Positions 7,412 through 17,061 are shown, counted from the stretch's first letter. The stretch: DNA of 47,416 nt from Tidjanibacter sp. (GCA_017935385.1 JAGBHS010000032.1:1-47416), one strand, 5' to 3'. Notes: a model not told the origin generated them from the letters alone. Program-made: numbers and translations.

Positions 7412-8176
7412 CTATTGTTTGCAACGTATATAAATATCACGTATCACTTTCTTGGTATATTCCGGAAAATCACCGTTCTCCATCCACGCATAGTAGCTCG
7501 GCTCATCGCGGAATACCTGCGCCACACGACGCCCCTTATACTTACCGAAGTTGAATATCTCCTCGCCCTGCTCATCATACGCTATGCGTCCGGCATAATC
7601 GGCAAATTTGGTCTGGGTGGAGAAATCGGCCAAAAAAGCCATGTCGTTCTCCAACTCCCCATACTTATCAAGCTGCGCCTTCAACACCTCGTAGGTTGCC
7701 ATCGTGTCGGCAGCCGCCGAGTGGGCATCGGTAAGTTCCTTACCACAATAAAATCTATATGCTGCCACCAATGTGCGTTGCTCCATCTTGTGGAAGATGG
7801 TCTGCACATCAATAAATTTCTTTCTTTTCAGATCGATATCCACACCGGCCCTGATAAACTCCTCGGCCAAGATGGGAATATCGAACTTATTGGAGTTGAA
7901 TCCACCCAAATCACAACCCGTCAAATATGCCGCCAACGACTTGGCTATCTGTGCAAAGCGAGGTTCATTTGCCACATCGGCATCCGTTATTCCGTGTACC
8001 GCCGTAGCCTCCTTCGGAATAGGAATTCCGGGGTTCACCCTACGCGTTTTACACTCCTCGCTACCGTCAGGAAACACCTTCACCGTAGCAATCTCCACAA
8101 TACGGTCATGACTGATATCCGTACCCGTCGTTTCCAAATCGAAGAAGATTATGGGATTTTTCAGATTGAGTTTCAT
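7412..8176 (-). CDS. dnaQ: DnaQ-like DEDDh 3'-5' exonuclease (DNA polymerase III epsilon)
   Basis: FFDLETTG, GFNSNKFD, AHSAAADT; directly downstream of dnaN. Confidence 0.88.
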   Translation of the reverse strand: MKLNLKNPIIFFDLETTGTDISHDRIVEIATVKVFPDGSEECKTRRVNPGIPIPKEATAVHGITDADVANEPRFAQIAKSLAAYLTGCDLGGFNSNKFDIPILAEEFIRAGVDIDLKRKKFIDVQTIFHKMEQRTLVAAYRFYCGKELTDAHSAAADTMATYEVLKAQLDKYGELENDMAFLADFSTQTKFADYAGRIAYDEQGEEIFNFGKYKGRRVAQVFRDEPSYYAWMENGDFPEYTKKVIRDIYIRCKQ

Positions 8177-8188
8177 CCTTTCTCCTGT

Positions 8189-9310
8189 TTATGCATTGAT
8201 TCTCATAGGCATGAGCAACATCAAAGTATTGGTGCTCTGAGCATCAGTATAGATAGGCTTAAACACACCTGCACGAGATGAATCCGCCAGCTCAATCATC
8301 ACACTCGGAGTATCGAGATTATTCAACAGGTCGATAATATATGTCGATTTGAATGCAATCTCAATGTGTGCGCCCTCATAACTGCATGCCACCGACTCCT
8401 CTGCCGAATAAGAGAAGTCCAAATCCTGCGCGGTAAGATTGATGACATTGGTGTCGATATCGAGTTTAATCAGGTTGGTAGCCTGGTTAGAGCATACTGC
8501 AACGCGTTTGATGGCGTTGATGAACTCCACTCTGTCAACAATCACCTTATAGGGATTGGCCTGCGGAATGGCCGCATTATAGTTGGGATAAACACCTTCA
8601 ATAAGACGGCAGATGAGTTTACACTTGCTCAACGTAAAGACAACATTTTTCTTGTCCGAACTCACTGCTATCGCGCCCTCTTCCTTAACCAACATATTCT
8701 TCAACACATTGGCCGGTTTCTTTGAAAGAATAAACGAAGCTGCCACCTCATTCTCCTCCTCCGAGGTGAACTTAACCATCTTATGGCCATCGGTTGCCAC
8801 AAACACGACCTCTTTACCTGCCGCATTCACATAGATACCGTTCATGACGGGACGCATCTCATCGTCAGCCGTAGCAAACACACACTTGTTGATACCCATT
8901 TGAAGTGTATCGGCATCAAACTCGGTTGAAACGGCATCCGCCTCCAATTCGGGCAGAGTCGGATAGCTCAAACCCGATGTTCCGGGAATCTGGCTCGAAC
9001 CGTTCTTACGGCTGATTTTTATCATCCAAGTCTCATCATCACTCTCTATGGTCAGAGGCTGCTCGGGAATGTCCTTCAATGAATCAATTATCTTCAAAGG
9101 CACCGCAATAACGCCCTCGCTCTCCACCGAATCAACCGTGATTTTGCTTATCATGGTGGTCTCCAAGTCGGATGCAGTAACGGTCAGTTCTTTACCTGCC
9201 AGTTCAAAAAGAAAATAATCCAAAATCGGCAATGCGTTCTTATTGCTGATTACTTTGCCCGTAGTCGTAAGGAGTGACGTGAGGGCCGAACTAGATATCA
9301 CAAATTTCAT
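8189..9310 (-). CDS. dnaN: DNA polymerase III beta sliding clamp
   Basis: 373 aa; NALPILDYFLF, ASDLET, RPVMNG, VATDGHKM, LLMPMR. Confidence 0.96.
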   Translation of the reverse strand: MKFVISSSALTSLLTTTGKVISNKNALPILDYFLFELAGKELTVTASDLETTMISKITVDSVESEGVIAVPLKIIDSLKDIPEQPLTIESDDETWMIKISRKNGSSQIPGTSGLSYPTLPELEADAVSTEFDADTLQMGINKCVFATADDEMRPVMNGIYVNAAGKEVVFVATDGHKMVKFTSEEENEVAASFILSKKPANVLKNMLVKEEGAIAVSSDKKNVVFTLSKCKLICRLIEGVYPNYNAAIPQANPYKVIVDRVEFINAIKRVAVCSNQATNLIKLDIDTNVINLTAQDLDFSYSAEESVACSYEGAHIEIAFKSTYIIDLLNNLDTPSVMIELADSSRAGVFKPIYTDAQSTNTLMLLMPMRINA

Positions 9311-9463
9311 AACTTTTATTTTTTAGATTTTTTTTCATTTCTCACTAAAAATATCTTTCGTAGGTTTTTTATTCATCAGTATTCCTGATACATTAATTCA
9401 CTGTCTAACAACCCATTACACAAGATCATCTTACAGCTCTTCCCGTATACCCACATTAATTTT

Positions 9464-9494
9464 CAAAGGTAAAAAATTTTTCTCTCAAAACAAA
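9464..9494 (-). promoter_or_regulatory. Consensus promoter for dnaN
   Basis: TTTG (9491-9494) - N19 - TACCTTTG (9464-9471) on the minus strand. Confidence 0.7.
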
Positions 9495-9535
9495 ACAATT
9501 TTCCTCGTCATCACCCCCTCATTTTTTGTAAAATT

Positions 9536-9685
9536 AGTTGCGCGGAGAGATACAATACAGGAATCAGCGACATCGAATTTTCGCACCACAAAAGATTTTT
9601 AAACAAAAAGAGTTGCGGGGAGAGGGGTATTGCGGGGAGAAATAATGCCTGCATTGCGCCCCACAAGAGATTTTGTTTAAAAACT
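9536..9685. repeat. Degenerate ~75-bp tandem duplication with weak internal palindromes
   Basis: AGTTGCG(C/G)GGAGAG at 9536 and 9611; CGC(A/C)CCACAA(A/G)AGATTTT at 9582 and 9657. Confidence 0.45.
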
Positions 9686-9753
9686 CAAATAGCTCCAAAC
9701 AACCAGCTCCACAACACGAAAAAACCGCCACAAACGGCACTATTTTTGTCGCT

Positions 9754-9791
9754 TGTGATTTTTTTCACAGCCGACTGTGATTTTTTTCACA
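9754..9791. promoter_or_regulatory. Two identical TGTGA-N6-TCACA palindromic operators (Rex- or CRP/FNR-type)
   Basis: TGTGATTTTTTTCACA at 9754-9769 and 9776-9791, 22-bp period. Confidence 0.7.
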
Positions 9792-9820
9792 ATTAATTTT
9801 TTCGCGTGAAAAATATGTTA

Positions 9821-9828
9821 TACCTTTG
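9821..9828 (+). promoter_or_regulatory. -7 promoter element for gcvH-mdh
   Basis: TACCTTTG, 35 nt before the gcvH ATG. Confidence 0.6.
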
Positions 9829-9863
9829 AGGCCGTAAATGTTATATTTTTATCAAAATCAGTT

Positions 9864-10241
9864 ATGAACATTCCTGAGAACTTGAAGTATTCCAAAGACC
9901 ATGAGTGGATTATGGTTGAAGGCGACACCGCCTTGGTAGGAATCACCGATTTCGCACAGAAAGAGTTGGGCGACATCGTTTTCGTAGACGTACAGACCGT
10001 TGGCGAGACTCTCGCACAGCACGAGGTATTCGGCACCATAGAGGCCGTTAAGACCGTTTCGGATGCATTCTTGCCCGCATCGGGTGAGATCATCGAATTC
10101 AACGAAGAACTCGAAAACGATCCCGCATTGATCAATACCGACCCGTATGGCAACGGTTGGATGGTGAAAATCAAACTTACCAATCCCGCCGACCTCGACT
10201 CTCTCCTTTCGGCAGAAGAGTACGCCAAACTCATCGGCTAA
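9864..10241 (+). CDS. gcvH: Glycine cleavage system H protein (lipoyl carrier)
   Basis: [24 protein letters not shown], lipoyl Lys in [18 protein letters not shown]. Confidence 0.96.
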   Translation: MNIPENLKYSKDHEWIMVEGDTALVGITDFAQKELGDIVFVDVQTVGETLAQHEVFGTIEAVKTVSDAFLPASGEIIEFNEELENDPALINTDPYGNGWMVKIKLTNPADLDSLLSAEEYAKLIG

Positions 10242-10290
10242 CAAACACACAAAAGGCTAAATATTAACATCATAATAACAGTATAAAATT

Positions 10291-11232
10291 ATGTCAAAAG
10301 TTACAGTCGTAGGCGCCGGTAACGTAGGCGCAACCGGTGCAAACATCATGGCTATCAAAGAGGTGGCTAATGAAGTAGTTCTGATTGATATCAAAGAGGG
10401 TCTGTCAGAGGGTAAAGCCCTTGATATGTTCCAGACCGAAACGTTGCTGGATTTCGACACCAAACTCACCGGTGTTACCAACGACTATAAAGCAACCGCA
10501 AACTCTGATGTTGTGGTTATCACCTCTGGTATTCCCCGCAAACCCGGTATGACCCGTGAGGAGCTCATCGGCGTAAATGCAGGTATCGTAAAGAGCGTTG
10601 TAAGCAGCATCATCGAGCACTCACCCAATGCAATTCTCGTTATCGTAAGCAACCCGATGGACACCATGACCTATCTGGCTGCCAAAACTAGCGGTCTTCC
10701 CAAGAACCACATCATCGGTATGGGTGGCGCATTGGACAGTTCACGTTTCAAATGCTATCTTTCAAAGGCACTGAACGCCAACATCAACGACATTGACGGT
10801 ATGGTTATCGGCGGTCACGGTGACACCACCATGTTGCCTTTGGTAAGCAAGGCTTCTTACAAAGGTCTTCCCGTTTGCAACTTCGCATCAAAAGAGACTT
10901 TGGATCAGGTTGTTGCCGACACTATGGTAGGTGGTGCGACTCTGACCAAATTGCTCGGTACTTCGGCATGGTATGCTCCGGGTGCAGCCTTGGCAATGGT
11001 AGTGGAGAGCATCCTGCAAGACCAGAAGAAGATGATTCCCTCATGCGTATATCTCGATGGCGAGTACGGTTTGAACGACATTTGCATCGGTGTTCCCGCA
11101 GTTATCGGTCGCAACGGTGTTGAGAAGATCGTGGAGATCGAGTTGAACGAGGAGGAGAAAGCAAAATTCGCAGCAAGCGCAGAGGCAGTTGCAAAGACCA
11201 ACGCAATCTTGAAAGAGATTAACGCTTTGTAA
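10291..11232 (+). CDS. mdh: Malate dehydrogenase (LDH-like family)
   Basis: GAGNVG, GIPRKPGMTREEL (Arg indicates malate specificity), VSNPMD, IGGHGD. Confidence 0.95.
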   Translation: MSKVTVVGAGNVGATGANIMAIKEVANEVVLIDIKEGLSEGKALDMFQTETLLDFDTKLTGVTNDYKATANSDVVVITSGIPRKPGMTREELIGVNAGIVKSVVSSIIEHSPNAILVIVSNPMDTMTYLAAKTSGLPKNHIIGMGGALDSSRFKCYLSKALNANINDIDGMVIGGHGDTTMLPLVSKASYKGLPVCNFASKETLDQVVADTMVGGATLTKLLGTSAWYAPGAALAMVVESILQDQKKMIPSCVYLDGEYGLNDICIGVPAVIGRNGVEKIVEIELNEEEKAKFAASAEAVAKTNAILKEINAL

Positions 11233-11260
11233 TTCCACATACGAAAGCTCCAAGCAATCG

Positions 11261-11301
11261 AAAAAAACGGTCGAGGAATTTTCCCCGACCGTTTTTGTTT
11301 T
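11261..11301. terminator. Bidirectional terminator
   Basis: AAAAACGGTCG-AGGAA / TTCC-C-CGACCGTTTTT hairpin between convergent mdh and NERD genes. Confidence 0.75.
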
Positions 11302-11303
11302 CA

Positions 11304-12035
11304 TTAGAGATGTCTTTTCGAAATATTCTCTATGTGTTTTTGGCGAACATCATCTCTTGCACCATTTAACACCGCCTGCTTTAATACCTGCACCACTCCT
11401 ATTTTATCTTTATAATATGCAATAGGTTTTTCTTCTAACAATTTAGATAAATATGACGACAACTCACTCGCATATAATATATATGTCGCAGGCGGAATTT
11501 CGGAAACATCTTTCAATAAACAATTTCCATAAAAAACAACTATTGAGTAAAAAGGGACTTCCGCATATTTCAACAATCTATCCCTAAGTACCGATATATG
11601 TTTCTGATTTTGTTTTATTGGATTATAAAAGCGATGCTTCTCCTCGCCATACGCCAATACTTGCGTCCAATATGATTGTGAACCTTTGCCAAATATCCAA
11701 CCGCTATAATCTTTTATTTCAAATACAAGTACGCCAACTTTTGTCGCAACGACTAAATCTATTTGAGAATATCGCCCCTCTCCTACTTTCACATATAAAT
11801 CATGAAAAATAGCAGTTGGTTTCAACCCTAAATTCAATAATGTTAATACAGTTTTTCGTTCTGCCCAATCGCCTCTATCAACATCTGTCACACTTTTAAG
11901 AAGTGCTGTTTCTCGTTCTTGTTTTTGCTTAAATTTCTCCCATTCCTCTTGTGTTGTTTTACGAAGTTTTACAACAAACAAGGTAATAATAATTATTATT
12001 ACTATCGCAACAAGAAACAAAACAAACTGCAACAT
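11304..12035 (-). CDS. NERD (nuclease-related domain) protein with N-terminal membrane anchor
   Basis: RGDWAE...FHDLYV...SQIDLVV...VFEIKDYSGWIFG...FYNPIKQNQKH; hydrophobic N-terminus; AT-rich relative to flanks. Confidence 0.85.
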   Translation of the reverse strand: MLQFVLFLVAIVIIIIITLFVVKLRKTTQEEWEKFKQKQERETALLKSVTDVDRGDWAERKTVLTLLNLGLKPTAIFHDLYVKVGEGRYSQIDLVVATKVGVLVFEIKDYSGWIFGKGSQSYWTQVLAYGEEKHRFYNPIKQNQKHISVLRDRLLKYAEVPFYSIVVFYGNCLLKDVSEIPPATYILYASELSSYLSKLLEEKPIAYYKDKIGVVQVLKQAVLNGARDDVRQKHIENISKRHL

Positions 12036-12053
12036 TGAGGTTGATTCTTACAT

Positions 12054-12704
12054 CTACACCAAACTCAATATTTCCGATGGCTGTGAGATGATGTGGTTGG
12101 CGCCGTTGGCGGAAAGTTCGTCGTGACCGCGGAATCCCCATGTCACACCCACCGATTCGGCTCCTGCATTCATCGCCGTACGCATATCTACGCCCGTATC
12201 TCCCACATACAGCACATCCTCAACCGCAACACCTGCCTTATGAAGAATATCGTTAACGATGGTCGGATCCGGCTTTACCGCCACACCCTCTTTCTGTCCC
12301 TCAACGGCCGCAAACTCAAACTCCGAGAAGAAATGAGCAATCAACTGTTTCGTGCCGTCATCAAACTTGTTTGACGCCACCGCCAAAGCCACGCCCCTCT
12401 CTCGCAATGCACACAACAATTCGGGCACGCCCTCATAAGGTGCCGTCTCGGCCATCAAATCGCCACGATAGATTTGCAGATACAATTCCTTGGCCTCTTC
12501 CACAAACGCATCATCCGCCGCACGTTCGGCAGGCAATGCACGTTCGATGAGCTTCTTTGTACCGTTGCCTATGAATATTTTATAGTCGTCGGGGCCCCAC
12601 TGCGGAAAGCCATAATGAGCCAACATCTTGTTACATGCCGCACCTATACCGCCGAGGGTATTGAGCAACGTGCCGTCAAGGTCGAAAATAACAAGTCTCT
12701 TCAT
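12054..12704 (-). CDS. HAD-superfamily hydrolase (phosphoglycolate phosphatase-like)
   Basis: FDLDGTLLNT, VASNK, KPDP, YVGDTGVD. Confidence 0.9.
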   Translation of the reverse strand: MKRLVIFDLDGTLLNTLGGIGAACNKMLAHYGFPQWGPDDYKIFIGNGTKKLIERALPAERAADDAFVEEAKELYLQIYRGDLMAETAPYEGVPELLCALRERGVALAVASNKFDDGTKQLIAHFFSEFEFAAVEGQKEGVAVKPDPTIVNDILHKAGVAVEDVLYVGDTGVDMRTAMNAGAESVGVTWGFRGHDELSANGANHIISQPSEILSLV

Positions 12705-14512
12705 TACTCCACCTTCTTGGCCTCGCGTTTACGATCGATGTCGCTGAGCAGAATCTTTCTCATTCGCATGAAGTGCGGGGTTATCTCCACATACTCATCC
12801 TCACGAATATACTCCAACGCCTCCTCCAACGAGAATTTCACCGCAGGAGCAATACGCACCTTGTCGTCCGAACCGCTGGCACGCATATTGGTCAACTTCT
12901 TCGACTTGGTCACATTGATTACGATGTCGCCCTCACGCGTACTCTCGCCAACCACCTGACCCTCATAAACATCTTCTCCCGGATCGATAAAGAATCGGCC
13001 TCTGTCCTGTAACTTATTGATGGCATAAGCAAACGCCTGACCTGTCTCCATTGCCACCAGCGAGCCATTCGTTCTCTTATCTATCTCACCCTTCCACGGA
13101 GAGTAACCTTTGAATCTGTGTGCGATAACCGCCTCTCCCGCCGTTGCGGTAAGCAGGTTGCTACGCAGACCGATGATTCCGCGCGAAGGAATATCAAACT
13201 CCAACTTTGTACGTTCATTACGCGACTCCATCTGCACCAACGAGCCTTTTCGCTTGGTTGCCATCTCTATCGCCTTGCCCGAGTACTCATCAGGAACATC
13301 TACAATGAGTTCCTCCATAGGCTCGCATTTCTGGCCATCAATCTCCTTGATGATAACCTTCGGCTGACCCACCTGCAACTCATAGCCCTCTCTACGCATC
13401 GTCTCAACCAACACCGACAAATGCAGTACACCACGACCATAAACAATAAAGCTATCACTTGACTCGGCCGGCTGAACACGCAATGCAAGATTCTTCTCCA
13501 ACTCCTTGTCCAGACGCTCCTTTATATGGCGCGAAGTCACGAATTTACCATCCTTGCCAAAGAACGGCGAATCGTTGATAGTGAACAACATACTCATCGT
13601 AGGTTCATCAATGGCGATGGGCGGCAGTGGCTCGGGATTTTCAAAATCGCAAATGGTATCACCAATATCAAATCCATCGATACCGACCAATGCGCAAATC
13701 TCACCGCACTTCACCTCCTCGACACGCGTCTTGCCCAGACCGTCAAACACCATCAGATCCTTGATTTTGGTCTTTATCATGGTCTTGCCGTCGCGTTTGG
13801 CCAAAGTGACATTCATACCGTTTTTCAGTACGCCACGTGTCACCTTACCCACTGCAATACGACCCACATACGAAGAGTATTCCAACGATGTAATCAACAT
13901 CTGGGGTGTACCCTCCACATATTCGGGCTCGGGGATATCGTCAATGATTGCATCCAACAAAGGACAAATATCCGACGTCTGCTCTTTCCATTTGTGTGAA
14001 ATCCAGCCCTGCTTTGCACTGCCGTAAATGGTATGGAAATCGAGCTGTTCGTCAGTTGCGTCAAGTGTAAACATCAGGTCAAACACCTGCTCATACACAA
14101 AGTCGGGACGGCAGTTGGGCTTATCCACCTTGTTTATCACCACGATAGGCTTCTTGCCCAACGCCAATGCCTTCTGCAACACGAAACGGGTCTGCGGCAT
14201 GGTACCCTCAAAGGCGTCCACCAACAGCAACACTCCGTCGGCCATATTGAGCACACGTTCCACCTCACCTCCGAAGTCGGCGTGACCCGGGGTGTCTATG
14301 ATATTGATTTTATAATCCTTGTAGATAACCGAAACGTTCTTTGAAAGAATGGTGATACCTCTCTCACGTTCCAAGTCGTTGTTATCCAAAATAAGATCTC
14401 CTGATGAATCGCGCGTACGGAGCAGATTGCCCTGCATAATCATTCTGTCCACCAGAGTGGTTTTACCGTGGTCGACGTGCGCGATAATTGCTATATTACG
14501 TAACTTCTGCAC
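12704..14512 (-). CDS. typA: Translational GTPase TypA/BipA
   Basis: GTG start; RNIAIIAHVDHGKTTLVD, DTPGHADFGGEVER, GRGVLHLSVLVETMRREG, KLTNMRASG. Confidence 0.97.
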   Translation of the reverse strand: MQKLRNIAIIAHVDHGKTTLVDRMIMQGNLLRTRDSSGDLILDNNDLERERGITILSKNVSVIYKDYKINIIDTPGHADFGGEVERVLNMADGVLLLVDAFEGTMPQTRFVLQKALALGKKPIVVINKVDKPNCRPDFVYEQVFDLMFTLDATDEQLDFHTIYGSAKQGWISHKWKEQTSDICPLLDAIIDDIPEPEYVEGTPQMLITSLEYSSYVGRIAVGKVTRGVLKNGMNVTLAKRDGKTMIKTKIKDLMVFDGLGKTRVEEVKCGEICALVGIDGFDIGDTICDFENPEPLPPIAIDEPTMSMLFTINDSPFFGKDGKFVTSRHIKERLDKELEKNLALRVQPAESSDSFIVYGRGVLHLSVLVETMRREGYELQVGQPKVIIKEIDGQKCEPMEELIVDVPDEYSGKAIEMATKRKGSLVQMESRNERTKLEFDIPSRGIIGLRSNLLTATAGEAVIAHRFKGYSPWKGEIDKRTNGSLVAMETGQAFAYAINKLQDRGRFFIDPGEDVYEGQVVGESTREGDIVINVTKSKKLTNMRASGSDDKVRIAPAVKFSLEEALEYIREDEYVEITPHFMRMRKILLSDIDRKREAKKVE

Positions 14513-14535
14513 CTTTATAAAATTTTCTCAACCGA

Positions 14536-14543
14536 CAAAGGTA
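14536..14543 (-). promoter_or_regulatory. -7 element for typA
   Basis: TACCTTTG on the minus strand, 23 nt upstream of the start. Confidence 0.55.
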
Positions 14544-14574
14544 CAAATATTTCACGATTTACCACCCTGTAAGC

Positions 14575-15456
14575 CTAAAAATCGGCAAGTTTATCAAGAG
14601 CCGTACGCAACATTTTCTCCACAAAGGGGCGATAATCGGTCTGCATACCCTTTTCGGCCCTTTGTGCAATAATGGTACACATGGTGGCTGCACGGTGTCC
14701 CAGCAGTGCCGAGAGGCCGGCCAGAGCCGATCCCTCCATCTCATAATTGGTTATGCGACGGCCATTATAACGAAATTCAACCAACTTCTCATTAACATTC
14801 TCGTCGGCAGGTTTTATTCTCACCCAGCGCCCTTGCGGACCGTAAAATCCCGGGGCGGCAATGGTTATTCCCTCAACAGCCACATCGCTAAACAGATTCC
14901 ACAGCCCCTCATCGGCATTCACAAAATAGGGCGCCGGCAGTTGCGGATTCCACCCCATGTGCTTGACAAAACTGTTCTCCAACTCCAAGTCACACACCTC
15001 GTCACGCCCCTGATAGTAATTCAACAGCGCATCAAAGCCCAACGATGTGCGGGCAAAAACAAACGTTCCGATAGGTATATCGGCTTGCAATGCTCCCGAC
15101 GTTCCAAGACGCAACAAGGTCAAGGACCTCTTCTCCTCCTTCACCATGCGGGTAGCAAAATCGATATTCGCCAATGCATCCAACTCGGTAACCACTATAT
15201 CTATATTATCCGTACCGATTCCCGTCGAGACGACACTCATCCGCTTGCCCTTATATCGTCCCGTAACGGTGCGGAACTCACGGCTCGACACCTCACATTC
15301 ACACTCGTCGAACATCGCCGCCACCATATCCACCCTGCCCGGATCACCGACAAGAATCACCGTATCGGCCAACTGTTCGGGTTTGAGATGAAGATGAAAA
15401 ATGGATCCGTCGCCGTTGATTATCAACTCGGAAGGGGGTATAATTCTCGTTTGCAT
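14575..15456 (-). CDS. Nucleoside (uridine/purine) phosphorylase, PNP_UDP_1 family
   Basis: Probable start ATG 15456 (MQTRIIPPSELIIN); LVGDPGRV, STGIGTDN, RLGTSG, NYEMEGS. Confidence 0.9.
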   Translation of the reverse strand: MQTRIIPPSELIINGDGSIFHLHLKPEQLADTVILVGDPGRVDMVAAMFDECECEVSSREFRTVTGRYKGKRMSVVSTGIGTDNIDIVVTELDALANIDFATRMVKEEKRSLTLLRLGTSGALQADIPIGTFVFARTSLGFDALLNYYQGRDEVCDLELENSFVKHMGWNPQLPAPYFVNADEGLWNLFSDVAVEGITIAAPGFYGPQGRWVRIKPADENVNEKLVEFRYNGRRITNYEMEGSALAGLSALLGHRAATMCTIIAQRAEKGMQTDYRPFVEKMLRTALDKLADF

Positions 15457-15480
15457 GGCAGTATTATTTTTTACTTTCGT

Positions 15481-15528
15481 CAAAATTAATTAATTTGGCA
15501 TGCGAAAACAAATGTTTTGCCAAATTAA
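15481..15528. promoter_or_regulatory. Minus-strand promoter for the phosphorylase, overlapped by an 11-bp inverted repeat
   Basis: TTTG (15509-15512) - N20 - TAATTTTG (15481-15488) on minus; IR TTAATTTGGCA 15490-15500 / TGCCAAATTAA 15518-15528. Confidence 0.55.
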
Positions 15529-15540
15529 ACCCACATAAAA

Positions 15541-16932
15541 ATGACTTTAATCAAATCTATTTCGGGTATTCGCGGTACCATAGGAGGTCCCATAGGCGAT
15601 AATCTGACTCCCATAGACATTGTCAAGTTTACAACCGCATACTGCAAATTCATGCAGAACGAGTGTGGCGAAAAGAACCGACTTCGCATTGTAGTAGGTC
15701 GCGACGCACGCCTTTCGGGCGAAATGGTCGAAAATATAGTTATAGGCACTCTTATAGGTTGCGGCGCCGACGTAATTTCGGTAGGCCTTTGCACTACCCC
15801 GGGAGTGGAACTGGCCGTAACCACCAAAAAAGCCGACGGAGGTATCATCATCACCGCAAGCCACAACCCCAAACAGTGGAATGCTCTGAAACTGCTCAAT
15901 GCTCGTGGCGAATTTCTTGACGACAAGGCAGGCAAACAGGTGCTGGCGCTGGCCGAACAAAGCAACCTCGCCTACCCCGAGATTGACGAGATAGGAAAGG
16001 TGATAGAAAAATCATCGTTTGACAAGGAACATATAGACATGGTGCTCTCGCTGCCCGAAGTGGATGTGGAGGCCGTAAAGGCAAAGAGATATAAGGCCGT
16101 GGTGGATGCGGTAAACTCTGTCGGAGGAACGGTGATTCCCGCCTTGTTGGAGGCGATGGGAGTGGAAGTCGTGCGTCTTAACTGCGAGCCGACAGGTAAT
16201 TTCGCCCACAATCCCGAGCCGATTCCCGAGAATCTGACCGGAATTTGCGATGCGGTAGTAAGCGAAGGCGCCGATCTGGGCATCGTCGTAGATCCCGACG
16301 TAGACCGCTTGGCATTGGTTTGCGAAACGGGCGATATGTTCGGTGAGGAGTACACTCTGGTGGCGGTTGCCGACTATATTCTCTCAAAACAAAAAGGCAA
16401 CACCGTATCAAACCTCAGTTCATCACGCGCCCTGCGCGATGTGACCGAAGGTCACGGAGGTTGCTATTCGGCGGCGGCTGTCGGCGAAGTGAACGTGGTT
16501 GCAAAGATGAAAGAAACGGGAGCCATTATCGGCGGCGAGGGTAACGGCGGAGTAATCTATCCCGCCCTGCACTACGGTCGCGACGCATTGGTCGGCGTAG
16601 CGTTATTCCTCTCTCATTTGGCCCACAAAGACATGAAAGTCAGCGAGCTGAAAGCCACATATCCCAACTATTTCATCTCAAAGAACAAAATACAGCTAAC
16701 ACCCGAGATAGATGTAGATGCCGTTTTGGCCGAGATGAAGAAACGTTACGAATCGTACGATGTAACCGACATTGACGGAGTGAAGATTGACTTCCCGACC
16801 GAATGGGTGCATCTGCGCAAATCAAACACAGAGCCGATCATCCGCATTTATAGTGAAAGTCGCGATGAGGCTGCGGCCGAGGCACTCGCACAGAAAATCA
16901 TAGATGAAATAAAAGAGGTGGCTCATATATAA
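15541..16932 (+). CDS. glmM: Phosphoglucosamine mutase / phosphohexomutase
   Basis: SISGIRG, ITASHNP phospho-Ser, DPDVDR metal loop, GGEGNGG, RKSNTEPIIRIY. Confidence 0.85.
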   Translation: MTLIKSISGIRGTIGGPIGDNLTPIDIVKFTTAYCKFMQNECGEKNRLRIVVGRDARLSGEMVENIVIGTLIGCGADVISVGLCTTPGVELAVTTKKADGGIIITASHNPKQWNALKLLNARGEFLDDKAGKQVLALAEQSNLAYPEIDEIGKVIEKSSFDKEHIDMVLSLPEVDVEAVKAKRYKAVVDAVNSVGGTVIPALLEAMGVEVVRLNCEPTGNFAHNPEPIPENLTGICDAVVSEGADLGIVVDPDVDRLALVCETGDMFGEEYTLVAVADYILSKQKGNTVSNLSSSRALRDVTEGHGGCYSAAAVGEVNVVAKMKETGAIIGGEGNGGVIYPALHYGRDALVGVALFLSHLAHKDMKVSELKATYPNYFISKNKIQLTPEIDVDAVLAEMKKRYESYDVTDIDGVKIDFPTEWVHLRKSNTEPIIRIYSESRDEAAAEALAQKIIDEIKEVAHI

Positions 16933-16946
16933 ATAAATATCCAAAC

Positions 16947-16979
16947 AAAAAAGGCGAACCAAAGAGGTTCGCCTTTTTT
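16947..16979. terminator. Bidirectional terminator
   Basis: AAAAAAGGCGAACC-AAAGA-GGTTCGCCTTTTTT. Confidence 0.85.
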
Positions 16980-17061
16980 GTTATTCAAAGGAGCTATGGG
17001 ATGCAACGCACTACGAAATGCAGCAATGTCGGCCCCTCGCCCCCACAAAAGTCACAATGAT

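Noticed and set aside
6295-8281. Long plus-strand ORFs (343 aa, 302 aa) and similar antisense ORFs elsewhere in the track
   Set aside because: Shadow ORFs opposite well-supported genes, with no recognisable motifs
9811-9832. Cur (BT4338)-type site starting AAATATGTTATA
   Set aside because: Only one half-site matches; the other half is the -7 promoter element
9311-9863. oriC upstream of dnaN
   Set aside because: No dnaA, no TTATCCACA, and only two relaxed box matches that are better explained as halves of palindromes
9864-10241. Orphan gcvH as a novel system
   Set aside because: gcv genes are commonly unlinked in Bacteroidota
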